Positions 38,033 to 48,683 of a stretch of DNA of 64,000 nucleotides are shown here, one piece after another. A program made the translations under genes and the position numbers. Positions within the stretch are counted from its first letter, which is position 1. Every line of letters starts with the position of its first letter. The DNA comes from a virus (lineage: Duplodnaviria; Caudoviricetes). Location of the stretch: positions 159,438 to 223,437 of the IMG/VR virus record IMGVR_UViG_3300032328_000860. One strand, 5' to 3'. The notes under the pieces are model-generated. The model was not told where the DNA came from and did no database searches. It saw nothing but the letters and a program-made list of their open reading frames with translations.

Positions 38033-38384
38033 GAATAGTTTGTAGCTTTGGAGGAGAATCTATATATTTTTGTTCTAATTTATTTAAAGCTTTTTTATAT
38101 GCCTTTAAATTTTTGGTGTTATATAAACGAGCTAATCTATTCAGATCTTGTTTAAGCTCAGTAGGACACGGATAATCGTCGCCATCTTCTATATCAGATT
38201 CTGGTGGGGCCATATACGGAGCATTATTTACTGCTGCATAAGTATGTGCATCTACAAAATTTGTTAAAGTACGATCCAGGCTCATTGCGGAATAGTTTGG
38301 ATACGACGATTGAGCAAAAGTTGTGTTAGAGTACCAGGGTAATAAAAGAATTAATATAATAGCAATAAAATATTTAGTATACAT
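38022..38384 (-). CDS. exported hypothetical protein
   Basis: signal peptide. Confidence 0.6.
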   Translation of the reverse strand: MYTKYFIAIILILLLPWYSNTTFAQSSYPNYSAMSLDRTLTNFVDAHTYAAVNNAPYMAPPESDIEDGDDYPCPTELKQDLNRLARLYNTKNLKAYKKALNKLEQKYIDSPPKLQTIPKK

Positions 38385-38386
38385 AA

Positions 38387-39160
38387 TTATCTTTCTAAGT
38401 ATCCTAGTTTAAAAAAGTTTAATATATTAGCTTCTGATACTTTTTGAAATTCTTCTGAATCTCTAAAAATATTACAACCTCCTCTTTCTGCTGGAACGTG
38501 ACCAATAACAGGAAAAGATTCTACTCTGGGAGAAAAATCAGTATCTCTAGAATAAGATAATACTATTTTCTTAATATTTTGATATCCCATATATGCAGAT
38601 AACAGCTCATCATCTCTCCATGTTTTTCCAAGAAAATTATTTACAAAGTCTGATAAATCAAAAAATTTACGCAAGTATGACACTGTTTTATAACCTTCTA
38701 GAACTTTAACATATGTATCTTTATTTAAAGTTGTACAGAAATGGCATGATCCGTCTAGTGAAGACATACCCGCAAAGCCTATTGCACAATCCGGATATTT
38801 AGTTCTGGCATCTATATGAGTCTGAACCATACCGTCCATATAATATAAATCATCATCAACTACTATAATTAAAGTTTCTGGATCATCACACCTATACAGA
38901 GTAGGTAGAATTTTGGTAATAGAACCGTAATCCTCTGTTCTAAATATTTTTAGATTATTATAATCTTTAGACATATTTTCGAGCCAATCAGGAACTAAAA
39001 CTTCAGTACCCTGATAGGTTAATGGAACATTAAAATGTACTGTGTATGGCAAAGAACTGGATTGAGATACTATTGTTTTTAACGCTTCTCTGGTTGTAGA
39101 GTGTCCATTTCTTTCTTCTAGTCTATTTGGTATACTGGTTAATGTAATAATAATATTCAT
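38387..39160 (-). CDS. GT-A fold glycosyltransferase
   Basis: TLTSIPNRL; DYGSITK; VDDD..Y; DD. Confidence 0.75.
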   Translation of the reverse strand: MNIIITLTSIPNRLEERNGHSTTREALKTIVSQSSSLPYTVHFNVPLTYQGTEVLVPDWLENMSKDYNNLKIFRTEDYGSITKILPTLYRCDDPETLIIVVDDDLYYMDGMVQTHIDARTKYPDCAIGFAGMSSLDGSCHFCTTLNKDTYVKVLEGYKTVSYLRKFFDLSDFVNNFLGKTWRDDELLSAYMGYQNIKKIVLSYSRDTDFSPRVESFPVIGHVPAERGGCNIFRDSEEFQKVSEANILNFFKLGYLER

Positions 39161-39999
39161 AGTCGAATTATTCCTTGGTCTTCTTTCATAACTTGTGAAA
39201 ATATTGGATGTTGCCATATGTCAATATTAGATTGGGCTCTCCATCTATTACATCCACTATAGCTTTCATATGGTAAAGGCTTGACTATAGGAAAACTGTG
39301 AGAACCTCTACCATCATAATTAACCGGCCTATAATCAGTTTCTTGATCATAAGAAGCACATAAATAGTAAAAATTATTTTTCCAAGCATAATATCCCATA
39401 AGAATATCATTATTCCAAGTCATAGATAAAAACTCTACATCTAGCAAGTCTGTTTTTAGTAATTTTCTTCTGTATGATACCGAGTGCCAGTGGTCCGGGA
39501 ATCTAAGATATATATCTTTAGACGTTGGAAATAAAACACAGCTATTATAAAGTTTTCCTATTTTTACAGAATCTTGGTACCAAGTTCTCATTTCTTTCGG
39601 ATCATTACCTCTAAAGCATATGCAATGGTTGTCTGGATATTCCTGTAATTTTTTCATATGGTACTCTACCATTTCGTGATGATACAGATGATCGTCGTCG
39701 CATACAATCAACACATCATCATCATCCATATCTACAAACTGTATAGGATACAGTATATTGCTGATAGGACCATAATCAACATCATGTCTAATAATATTTA
39801 TTCTATCGCCTTTATTAACGATATCTAATAGCCAGTCAGGAATAGTAAAATCATCATAATTAACAAACTTATTAGGAATACAAAGTAATACCTTATATTC
39901 GTAGCTAGTATGCTGATTTATTAGAGCATCCAGACATTGTTGAAAACTTTCTCTTAAATAGATCCTGTCGGGTAAACAGCATAAAGATATATATATCAT
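39157..39999 (-). CDS. GT-A fold glycosyltransferase (paralog of neighbour)
   Basis: SLCCLPDR; DYGP; CDDD..Y; shared RP....SFP..GC C-terminus. Confidence 0.72.
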   Translation of the reverse strand: MIYISLCCLPDRIYLRESFQQCLDALINQHTSYEYKVLLCIPNKFVNYDDFTIPDWLLDIVNKGDRINIIRHDVDYGPISNILYPIQFVDMDDDDVLIVCDDDHLYHHEMVEYHMKKLQEYPDNHCICFRGNDPKEMRTWYQDSVKIGKLYNSCVLFPTSKDIYLRFPDHWHSVSYRRKLLKTDLLDVEFLSMTWNNDILMGYYAWKNNFYYLCASYDQETDYRPVNYDGRGSHSFPIVKPLPYESYSGCNRWRAQSNIDIWQHPIFSQVMKEDQGIIRL

Positions 40000-40736
40000 A
40001 TAGTATTTACCCAATATAAATCTACGTCCTGAGTATCTGGACGATTGGAAGTATCTAAGCCAATGATAGGAAACTTATTAGTGTCTAATGATATATTTTG
40101 AACCAGATGCTTAGAGATGAAAGATAATTCTAGTACATGTGGAAAATTTTTAACAACGATACTATTATTGCTATCTGGCATTAAATTTAAATCAAAAGTT
40201 CCTCCCCAAGAATTTCCATGAATATGAAACAAAACCATATTCTTAAAATTATTTTGAATTAGTTTGACTAATTTGTTTCTATTCTCTGGTACTTGTAAAT
40301 CATGTACCTCCAGAATTAATCCTGTTAGATTAGAATCTGGATAAAAATTATCAAATATAGTATATTCAGCACCCTCTGTGTCAACCTTTAACAAGACATC
40401 CTGCTTAGAATCTGCTATAATATTAATTGGAATATCTTTTTCTTTAAATCCTACATTATTATGTACATAAAAAATATTTTTATTAATTCTATCTGGAAAT
40501 TTATGACATAAATTATTGCATGGGTATGTTCCATCATAAGCCTCTATATATCTTTCTGAATACTGCTCTGCCCACTGAAGTTCAAAAGCATCTTCTCCTC
40601 CTATACCAACAGAAATCAATCTTTTTGTATTATCTAGAATAAGCTCGTTTAGAATATATCCACCGTCATGTGTATTTCCACAACGTATCTTAGTAGAATT
40701 AACGTCATATACAGATAATGCTTGTAAAAATCCCAT
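39996..40736 (-). CDS. FkbM/Methyltransf_22-like methyltransferase
   Basis: R.G...DGGY; S.GI....FE; LKVDTEGAEY; LEVH; HIHGN. Confidence 0.75.
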   Translation of the reverse strand: MGFLQALSVYDVNSTKIRCGNTHDGGYILNELILDNTKRLISVGIGGEDAFELQWAEQYSERYIEAYDGTYPCNNLCHKFPDRINKNIFYVHNNVGFKEKDIPINIIADSKQDVLLKVDTEGAEYTIFDNFYPDSNLTGLILEVHDLQVPENRNKLVKLIQNNFKNMVLFHIHGNSWGGTFDLNLMPDSNNSIVVKNFPHVLELSFISKHLVQNISLDTNKFPIIGLDTSNRPDTQDVDLYWVNTI

Positions 40737-40764
40737 AATAAGTTTTATTTCTTTCTATAATTAA

Positions 40765-42045
40765 TTATAAATATCCAGTAATAGGATCGGCCCAACCCTT
40801 ACTTGTACTATGAGGCCAAACAATCCAACTAATAGGCTTAATATCAGTTTGGAATTCTCTCCATACTTTACAATAACCATCAGGATCTTGTTTCATGCGT
40901 AGTATTTCGTCTTTGTCGGCGTCTTTTCGATAAATATCATTACCATCAGCATCTTTAAATGCTACTGCCCAAAAATCATAATCATTTTCTGCAACTTGTC
41001 CGTATTGTATGTCTATGCAATGCTTAAAAATTCTTAGTAATTGTTTATCAAAATCTTCATCTAACAAATGTGATGTTTCTGGATCTGGTGGGGGCTGATT
41101 GTCTTTGACTCTTTTTTGTATTGCTCTTTTACTAAAGGATAAACCAGAATATTTTTCATAATCTCTTAAAGATCTAGTATCACCGAAACCATAGATACCA
41201 AAGTCTATGTCTGTTTTTTCCCCGTCCATTTCGAATAGCTTTCTATTGCGCAAATGGCACGTATTATTGCGTTCTACCCATTTACCATCATCATCCCACT
41301 GCTTAGACCTTCCTTTTCTGGTATATTCATGCCAACAAATTACTTTATGAGGATGAAATAAATCATATCCGTGAGTATAAGCCCTAGCGGCTATGCTAAT
41401 TTCCTCTCCATGAAAATAATAATTAGGATCATGCTTAACTTCCTTACAGAATTGTCCAACAGTAAAAGCAAAATGAGCACTATAAAATCTGGCTGGTAAA
41501 GGTTGTGTTTTGTCATCCCACGAATCAAATGATGAGGGCAAGAAGAACACAGCACCTTCAGGAATAAATCTATCAAAATTCATTTTCCACGGTTCTTGAA
41601 CACGTAAATCAGGATCATTGTCAGGATCAAAACTAGGTATATATGCTGTTAATAAAGGCTTGCTATGTCCTTTATCTTGTAGATCAGTTACCATATTAAT
41701 TAGTTCAGTATCCCAGTTTTCGATAAATCTATGATGACTATCAAGCTGAAGAGTATATTTTTCATCCTTATATAATGACTGTACTAGATTTCTAGCCCAG
41801 CATACTCCTTGACTATCTTTATAGTCAATATCTATAATTCTAAATCTATCATCTTGTTTAAATTCATCAAGATTATCCCATGCATCTTGAGTACAATGTT
41901 GCCATGAGATGCCTATTCTTAAATTTTCTGGATACTGGGCTTTATCCAGCATATCTCTTAAAGTAGGCAGTAGTTGAGGATCTCTATAAGAAGCTATTTG
42001 AATAAAAATTGTATTATCAGCTTTCTTTTCTATCTTTTCCGTCAT
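40765..42045 (-). CDS. GT60-like polypeptide N-acetylglucosaminyltransferase
   Basis: IFIQIASYRDP.L..T; G.CWAR; LQLDSHHRF..NWD; SAHF.F; FHGEE....R.YT.GYD..HP; H.Y.R; G..RSL..YE. Confidence 0.8.
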   Translation of the reverse strand: MTEKIEKKADNTIFIQIASYRDPQLLPTLRDMLDKAQYPENLRIGISWQHCTQDAWDNLDEFKQDDRFRIIDIDYKDSQGVCWARNLVQSLYKDEKYTLQLDSHHRFIENWDTELINMVTDLQDKGHSKPLLTAYIPSFDPDNDPDLRVQEPWKMNFDRFIPEGAVFFLPSSFDSWDDKTQPLPARFYSAHFAFTVGQFCKEVKHDPNYYFHGEEISIAARAYTHGYDLFHPHKVICWHEYTRKGRSKQWDDDGKWVERNNTCHLRNRKLFEMDGEKTDIDFGIYGFGDTRSLRDYEKYSGLSFSKRAIQKRVKDNQPPPDPETSHLLDEDFDKQLLRIFKHCIDIQYGQVAENDYDFWAVAFKDADGNDIYRKDADKDEILRMKQDPDGYCKVWREFQTDIKPISWIVWPHSTSKGWADPITGYL

Positions 42046-43675
42046 AAAAATGTACTCTGTTATGGGTTATCGGGCTGCCTAAAATAATTGCTGGTTTAAC
42101 TTGATTGGTAATAGTAAGAGTATATATATGACTCATCCATGTTTGTTCATATGGATGAGCCCAAGTCGTATCTAAGAACAACTTCTGATTACCTTCTTGA
42201 TCTATAATATGAGGCCAGTTGGAATAGTAAATCTCCCCCTCTGCATAGGGCATACCGTTTATTGATTTAATATGATTAAATTTTGTATTTGGTTTTTTGT
42301 TAATGTCACCGAAATACTCTATTTTTTTCTCTAGTGGCAAATTATGCCAACTCCATTGTTCACCATTATGGCCATAAAATTCACTAAAACTAAACTTAAT
42401 GAAATCATATTCTTGTTTATTCATTAATGTAATAATTTTATTATAAAAATCTGGTATAGATTTTCTAAAACCAAATGGACAAAATGAAGAAGACATATCT
42501 AATAACATATCGTCTTCAAAAAAAATCATATATTTTGCACCATATTCGGCAAAATGCTCGGCAGAAAACTGTCTACCACCACATACTCCTAAGTTTCCCT
42601 TTTTTATCTGTTGGATAAATCCATATTCTTCACATATTTTATCATATAAAGGAGATAGCGATTCATTTGTTGAATTATTGATTAAGATTTTTTTGGTTTT
42701 AGTTAAAAAGTTAGTGTCATGATTTTCAAAGCTTTTTAAAACCATTAATAATTGTTCAGGAGAATTAAAAGTATTTATATACAATAATACATCATTATTT
42801 TTAGAGCTTTTACGATTTAAAGTATTATTTGCTGACAATAATAATTTATTATTTTTTACATTCTCAAAAAATGTAGATAATAATCCGTCTGAATTAATAG
42901 AAGCAAATCTATAAGAATCTGGATCAGTATATGTCATTATTGTAAATATACTTTCTTCAGTACCCATTAGATTATTCTTAAGACTATCACTAAGTAAAGA
43001 ATAGTATACTTCATTTGCTTTTGATATATAATCTATGTGTCCACCAAAAAAACCTCCCCTAGCCACCCTATTAACATCATTTGATCGACAATATTCTCTC
43101 ATCTTGACGATATTGAAGCCATGAATTTCTGTCTCTGGCTGATACGGAAAACAAATAAATAAAAATGAATTCAGATTTTCAATAATTTTATCTACTACTT
43201 TATCGTGACCAAAATATCCTGGATGAACAGTATTCGCTATTCCTCCATCTATCCAAAACATATATTGGCTATTAAAAGGATTAAATATTTTAGCATTATG
43301 CAGCAAAAACATTTTGCTCATAACCATTGGATTATATAATGGTAGTTTTGATTGAGTGCTATCTATTAACCATCCTGCTTGATTAAGCCAATTTTCATTT
43401 GTTCTTATTTCTTGAACTTTATCATAAAAAGGAAAAAATGACCCTGAAAAATCATTTTTTGAGTGGTAATAAACAGCAGTATTTGATCGATCTCGATATT
43501 CCCACACCAATGACTCATGCTGCTTATCTATAAAGATAATTAGATTAATATTTTTTGTAGATTGTAGAAGAGACTTAAAGTTATTCAGGTAGTGGTCAAA
43601 AGATCTGCTCCACCCCTCTGACAAAGAACCTCTACCAAGATCCCATAATCCTGTCACTAAAGTATAATTAGACAT
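42017..43675 (-). CDS. HtrL/YibB-like glycosyltransferase fused to GT2-like domain
   Basis: TLVTGLWDLGR; Y....MSK; WIDGG; GGFFGG; TEE; second domain NLG..GGRQ..FEDD. Confidence 0.75.
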   Translation of the reverse strand: MSNYTLVTGLWDLGRGSLSEGWSRSFDHYLNNFKSLLQSTKNINLIIFIDKQHESLVWEYRDRSNTAVYYHSKNDFSGSFFPFYDKVQEIRTNENWLNQAGWLIDSTQSKLPLYNPMVMSKMFLLHNAKIFNPFNSQYMFWIDGGIANTVHPGYFGHDKVVDKIIENLNSFLFICFPYQPETEIHGFNIVKMREYCRSNDVNRVARGGFFGGHIDYISKANEVYYSLLSDSLKNNLMGTEESIFTIMTYTDPDSYRFASINSDGLLSTFFENVKNNKLLLSANNTLNRKSSKNNDVLLYINTFNSPEQLLMVLKSFENHDTNFLTKTKKILINNSTNESLSPLYDKICEEYGFIQQIKKGNLGVCGGRQFSAEHFAEYGAKYMIFFEDDMLLDMSSSFCPFGFRKSIPDFYNKIITLMNKQEYDFIKFSFSEFYGHNGEQWSWHNLPLEKKIEYFGDINKKPNTKFNHIKSINGMPYAEGEIYYSNWPHIIDQEGNQKLFLDTTWAHPYEQTWMSHIYTLTITNQVKPAIILGSPITHNRVHFYDGKDRKES

Positions 43676-43716
43676 AGAAGCCCTAGGATAAGTTATTAAC
43701 CGTACCACCTGCATAA

Positions 43717-43797
43717 TATATAATTCATTGTAGACCCTTTGTCAACTGTAATATTTTTTAAAAGTCTGTTGACACGAACGGATCAAAAGCATATAAT
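43717..43797. promoter_or_regulatory. divergent sigma70-type promoter pair in the glycosylation cluster
   Basis: + strand TTGACA-17-TATAAT (43769-43797); - strand TTGACA at 43740-43745 with weaker -10. Confidence 0.65.
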
Positions 43798-43834
43798 ACA
43801 GTAGTTGTTAACTTTTTACATACTTTTAGAAATC

Positions 43835-44029
43835 ATGTCAAAGCCAGAAGACTTTCAGGATCGCAAGACCAACAGAAGAGACAAGCTAAATAAGAGCAAG
43901 AACTCTAAATATAAGACTAATTATGAAGATGATGATATTAAACAACATAAAATAAAAAAAGAAATTAAAAAGATAAAAGAGAGTTATCAGGACGAAGAGT
44001 GGGAAGACTGGGACAATTACTATAATTGA
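43835..44029 (+). CDS. small charged protein
   Basis: basic N-terminus, acidic/Trp C-terminus. Confidence 0.55.
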   Translation: MSKPEDFQDRKTNRRDKLNKSKNSKYKTNYEDDDIKQHKIKKEIKKIKESYQDEEWEDWDNYYN

Positions 44030-44033
44030 TAAT

Positions 44034-44291
44034 ATGCAATATCTTGAAGAATTAGTTTCTGGCGACTGTTTTGAGTGTGAGGTTGGTAGTTTTATTTTAA
44101 CTACTGACTTTAAAAAACATGGACAAAGATTATGTATCAATTTAAAGACCGGTATTTCTAGATGGCTAGAATCTAATCATTTGGTTGAGAGATCCGATAT
44201 ATTTAGACTAGATAAAGACAACAATATTATAGCAATTAAAGAAAGAGGTAAAACTACTAATGATACATCTCAGAATACTAACATTTCTTAA
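44034..44291 (+). CDS. hypothetical protein
   Basis: operonic ORF. Confidence 0.6.
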   Translation: MQYLEELVSGDCFECEVGSFILTTDFKKHGQRLCINLKTGISRWLESNHLVERSDIFRLDKDNNIIAIKERGKTTNDTSQNTNIS

Positions 44292-44511
44292 ATCGCTATG
44301 GTTTCATATATACAACGGATTTCCAAAGTCTACCAAAGATGAGATTCTTTATAGATATAATATATGTTTGTCTTGTGAATATTTTAATAAGCAAAAATCA
44401 GAATGTAATGTGTGTGGATGCAACATAAACAAGAAAAGCATCTTTTTAAATAAATTAGCTTGGGCTGATCAAGAATGTCCAAAAAATAAATGGTCTAAAA
44501 TTAACAGGTGA
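44260..44511 (+). CDS. Cys-rich small protein (DUF6171-like)
   Basis: R..IC.SC...C..CGC...K.....CP..KW. Confidence 0.65.
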   Translation: MIHLRILTFLKSLWFHIYNGFPKSTKDEILYRYNICLSCEYFNKQKSECNVCGCNINKKSIFLNKLAWADQECPKNKWSKINR

Positions 44512-44515
44512 TATA

Positions 44516-45085
44516 ATGGTAAAAGTTTTTACTAAAAATGTAAATTATAATACATTTATGTATTCTAATAATAGTCTATTCGAAACAGTATTCAATAGAG
44601 TTAAGGCCCAAGATAAAGGTTGTACTGTTTTTATCCCTCATGTATGTAATAATATTGACTCATTTGGAGCAGGATTTGCTGCTCAAATAGCAGAATATTT
44701 TCCGTCGGTAAAGACAGATTATCATTTATTAGGTAAGAACTTTTTAAAAGCCAACCTAGGATACGCTCAAATATTAACGGTTTATGAGGAACCAAAATAT
44801 AAGCATAAAATTCATGTAGTTAATATGATAGCTCAAAATGGTATCAAATCATCTTCTAATCCTAGACCACTAAACTATTGTGCATTAGTTAAGAGCATGG
44901 CAAAGTTGAGTATGTTCATAAATATGAATACAGGATTTATCAAGCAAACAGAAAATGTAGAAATACATTCTCCTAAATTTGGAAGCGGATTAGCTGGGGG
45001 TAATTGGCCATTTATTAGCGATCTGATTGATGATATCTGGGGCAAATATTTTGTAACAGTTTATAATTATCCTCCTAAAAAATAA
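44516..45085 (+). CDS. macrodomain protein
   Basis: HVCNN...FGAGFA; NMIAQ; PKFGSGLAGGNW. Confidence 0.85.
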   Translation: MVKVFTKNVNYNTFMYSNNSLFETVFNRVKAQDKGCTVFIPHVCNNIDSFGAGFAAQIAEYFPSVKTDYHLLGKNFLKANLGYAQILTVYEEPKYKHKIHVVNMIAQNGIKSSSNPRPLNYCALVKSMAKLSMFINMNTGFIKQTENVEIHSPKFGSGLAGGNWPFISDLIDDIWGKYFVTVYNYPPKK

Positions 45086-45109
45086 ACAAATTTGATTCTA
45101 AAATCTTAA

Positions 45110-45766
45110 ATGATTACTAATAAAATTATATCTTATAGTTTATGGGGAGACGATAAAAAATATACGTATGGAGCTTTACGTAATGCAGAATTGGCTGAGA
45201 AGATATATCCTGGATGGACATCTTGGTTTTATATAGGAACTTCTACTCCTAAGGATATAATTGATAAGCTATCAGAACATAAGCATGTTCGTATTATACA
45301 TAAAGACACAGAGTGTGACTGGACTAGTATGTTCTGGAGATTCGAGGCAGCATATCATCAAGATGTAGACGTATGTATTTTCAGAGACACTGATTCTCGT
45401 TTAAGTTCACGAGAGAAAGAAGCAGTTTCCGAATGGCTGGCTTCTGATAAAACTTTTCACATAATGAGAGATCATCCTTTTCATGGATATCCTATATTGG
45501 GAGGCATGTGGGGATATAAAAACAATCATAAGTATGATATGGAATCATTACTAGAGTCTTTTGATAAAAATAATAAGTACGGTATCGACTACGAGTTTTT
45601 TGCAACTGTTTTATATCCCCTTATGGGGTCTGATAAAATAGTGCATGATGAGTTTTTTGAAAAAATACCATTTCCCACTCCTCGTAATGATACTGAATTT
45701 GTTGGAGACGTATTTGATGAAAATAATAATAGACATTCTGAATATTATAAACATATATTAAAATGA
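45110..45766 (+). CDS. putative glycosyltransferase-like protein
   Basis: ISYSLWG..Y..GA..N; MFWRF; RDTDSR (DxD); HIMRDH; LGGMWG. Confidence 0.55.
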   Translation: MITNKIISYSLWGDDKKYTYGALRNAELAEKIYPGWTSWFYIGTSTPKDIIDKLSEHKHVRIIHKDTECDWTSMFWRFEAAYHQDVDVCIFRDTDSRLSSREKEAVSEWLASDKTFHIMRDHPFHGYPILGGMWGYKNNHKYDMESLLESFDKNNKYGIDYEFFATVLYPLMGSDKIVHDEFFEKIPFPTPRNDTEFVGDVFDENNNRHSEYYKHILK

Positions 45767-46569
45767 ATAAGTCTATATACGGATTCAATACTTTCTGTAC
45801 ACGAAGCCATCTATCTTTGGTTCAGGTATTGGCTGATTCTGTTTGCAAATTCAGTAAGTATCCGATCACTATTAATTGTCTTAATTTTGGATATGACTTT
45901 AATCATCCTAAAATTATATCTAAAACTATTGATACAAATAAAATATATAATTTAAATTGTATTTATAGATATAAATGGTCTACATTGTTAGATTCAGACT
46001 ATGATATTACAACAATGTTGGATGCCGATATGGTGGTTTTGCCTGATATAGACCAAATATTCGAAGACAATAAATTTAATATAGCAGATAGCCAAGTTCC
46101 GCTTTTCGCTAAACACCCTCATAATCCTTTCGATAATCCTATGCATTCTGATAGTTTATATCGCATGATGGCTATGATTACATCAAATAAGCCTAAAATG
46201 CCGTATGTTTATGCTTCCGGATTAGTACATAAAAATCATCTTTATTTTGTTAAGAACTTAGTAGATACTATAGATTGGTTTGTATCTAACAATATTAATC
46301 CATATATAGAAGACGAAGGACTATTAAATTGTTTATTATCTAAATATGAGATTGATAATAGTTTAGACTATAATTATTTTCCAAATTATACTTTATATAA
46401 TGATTATATCACTAATGTTATAGACACAAGCAGTGAAATGTATAATACATATACTCGCTATGCTTGTCCGGTAAAGTTCTACGCTTTTCATGGATGTAAA
46501 GATCCATCAGCGGCTAAATTGATTCTTGATAAAGTATCTAATAGCTTAAAATTATCTGATAATATATGA
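45763..46569 (+). CDS. GT8-like glycosyltransferase
   Basis: LDADM; DEGLLN; FHGCK. Confidence 0.65.
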   Translation: MNKSIYGFNTFCTRSHLSLVQVLADSVCKFSKYPITINCLNFGYDFNHPKIISKTIDTNKIYNLNCIYRYKWSTLLDSDYDITTMLDADMVVLPDIDQIFEDNKFNIADSQVPLFAKHPHNPFDNPMHSDSLYRMMAMITSNKPKMPYVYASGLVHKNHLYFVKNLVDTIDWFVSNNINPYIEDEGLLNCLLSKYEIDNSLDYNYFPNYTLYNDYITNVIDTSSEMYNTYTRYACPVKFYAFHGCKDPSAAKLILDKVSNSLKLSDNI

Positions 46570-47219
46570 TTATTCATCATCACTTAGGACTCGGTGATCA
46601 TTTTGTTTGTAATGGGTTAGTTAATTATTTCTCTAAGCTAGAGAAAATAGATCTTATATGCAAAAAATATAATGAACCAACAGTTAAAACACTATACCAA
46701 GATAATAATAGTGTAACAATCGTCCCTATACCAGCAAAAAATGAATTATTAGAAAGCTATAATTACTCGGTATCTACAAATCAAAAAATATTAAGAATAG
46801 GATTTGATAAATGCGACATTAACAATTGGGATAGGTCATTCTATTCTCAGGTTGGTTTAGATTTTGTAGAACGATATAGACTATTTAAATTACCAAAAAA
46901 ACTACCTGAGCAAGCACCAGCACCACAAGAACCTTTTATATTCATACATAGTGAGAGTAGTGAAGGCTCTTATAATTTAAATATTAACTCATCAATTAAT
47001 AATAGATTTTATGTAAAAAAAACAGATACAGATAATCTTTTAGGTTATTTGCATCTTATTACCATGGCTGAAGAGATACATTGTATTAATAGTTCTTTGT
47101 TTCATTTAATAGACAGCATACCTAGTATAACCAACAAACTATACTATCATAACATAAGACATCATCCGTGTACTTTTGAATTATCTAATAAATGGAGTAT
47201 TGTTAATTATGACAATTAA
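46566..47219 (+). CDS. GT-B-like (GT9/fucosyltransferase-like) protein
   Basis: HHLGLGDH..CNG; A.EIHCINSS. Confidence 0.55.
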   Translation: MIIHHHLGLGDHFVCNGLVNYFSKLEKIDLICKKYNEPTVKTLYQDNNSVTIVPIPAKNELLESYNYSVSTNQKILRIGFDKCDINNWDRSFYSQVGLDFVERYRLFKLPKKLPEQAPAPQEPFIFIHSESSEGSYNLNINSSINNRFYVKKTDTDNLLGYLHLITMAEEIHCINSSLFHLIDSIPSITNKLYYHNIRHHPCTFELSNKWSIVNYDN

Positions 47220-47886
47220 AGGACAAATACTAGCTGATTCATTATTTGCTAATAGTATAAATAATACTATAAAAACATATATGCCTAAAACTATTGTAGA
47301 AATAGGAACATGGAAGGGTTTGGGTTCCACCAAAAGAATTATAGAAGCTATAATGCAATATAAATTAGAGTCTAATTTTATTAGCTTAGAAACAAATAAA
47401 AAATTTTATGATGAAGCAAAATATAATTTAGATAAATATACAAAATATATTAATCTAATTTATGGTAGAATTATAGATCAGTCTGATATATTTAAATTTC
47501 TTGATTTAAGCCCCATTATTAATACTGAATTTTTTACAATAGAACAGCAAATATCTTGGCTTGAGGCAGATATAGAGAGTATGAACCAGTGCCCGAATGT
47601 CATAAGACAGATTCCATCAAACATAGACTTTTTGCTTTTAGATGGCGGAGAATTCTCCACATATGCAGAATGGAAGTTGCTCAAAGACAGATCCAAAGTA
47701 ATAGCATTAGACGATACAAGAACGCAAAAATGTAAATATATAAAATTAGAAATCATGAATAATCAAAATAAGTATAATGTTCTTATAGACTCTGATGATC
47801 GCAATGGTTTTATGATAATAGAAAATAGAAATAATACATGTAGTGGAGAGACACTAAAAAGTACCATCATAGAAAAAATCTTATGA
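47209..47886 (+). CDS. class I methyltransferase-like protein
   Basis: VEIGTWKG.GST; LLLDGGEF; LDD. Confidence 0.65.
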   Translation: MTIKGQILADSLFANSINNTIKTYMPKTIVEIGTWKGLGSTKRIIEAIMQYKLESNFISLETNKKFYDEAKYNLDKYTKYINLIYGRIIDQSDIFKFLDLSPIINTEFFTIEQQISWLEADIESMNQCPNVIRQIPSNIDFLLLDGGEFSTYAEWKLLKDRSKVIALDDTRTQKCKYIKLEIMNNQNKYNVLIDSDDRNGFMIIENRNNTCSGETLKSTIIEKIL

Positions 47887-48683
47887 ATGAAAATTCTAAA
47901 TACATAGAGATCAACAAACTCTCTCATCTTCACAACGGATCATCAATTTTCTTTTGTAAAACAGACTATATTCTTTCAGAATTTAAGAATATTGAAAAAC
48001 AAAACAATAATACGATATTGATTACGGGAAATTCCGACTATGCTATTACAGATCAAATGCTGACTCTTGCACCCAAAAACATTAAGAAATGGTATGCTCA
48101 AAATGCGATAGCTAATAGTCCCATATTAGAACCATTACCTATAGGACTAGAGAACAAACTGCCCTCAGAGAGAGAAAATCATGGTATTGGTTATTTTGAC
48201 AGAGCAACTCTAAAAGAGTCTTTGTTAAATAAAAATATCGATTCAAAGAATAAAGAGCCGACAAAGTTTCTATATGCCAATTTTAACATTAATACAAATC
48301 CTGACTATAGAAATCCAATAAAAAAAATATGTCAAAATATTGATTTCATTGATTGGGAAGAGCCTAATCTTTTATTGGATTCTTTTTTTGACAAGGTATT
48401 GGATTACAAAATGATAGTATGTCCAGCAGGAAACGGTTTGGATACTCATAGGCTTTGGGAGGTTTTGTATTCTAATCGTGTTCCAATAACCTTTATAATA
48501 GATAATTATAGGCTTTATGATCTGTATAGAAAACTACCCATAGTTCTATTGAATAATATTCAACAGTTATATGATAGAAATCTGATAGAAGATCTATATT
48601 TAGACTGTTATAATAAAATATACCAAAAAGATATGTTAGATATAAATTATTGGATATATAAAATCCAGCAAGAAATATTATGA
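47883..48683 (+). CDS. exostosin/GT47-like glycosyltransferase
   Basis: W.AQN; PIGL; CPAGNGLDTHRLWE.LY...P. Confidence 0.65.
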   Translation: MNENSKYIEINKLSHLHNGSSIFFCKTDYILSEFKNIEKQNNNTILITGNSDYAITDQMLTLAPKNIKKWYAQNAIANSPILEPLPIGLENKLPSERENHGIGYFDRATLKESLLNKNIDSKNKEPTKFLYANFNINTNPDYRNPIKKICQNIDFIDWEEPNLLLDSFFDKVLDYKMIVCPAGNGLDTHRLWEVLYSNRVPITFIIDNYRLYDLYRKLPIVLLNNIQQLYDRNLIEDLYLDCYNKIYQKDMLDINYWIYKIQQEIL

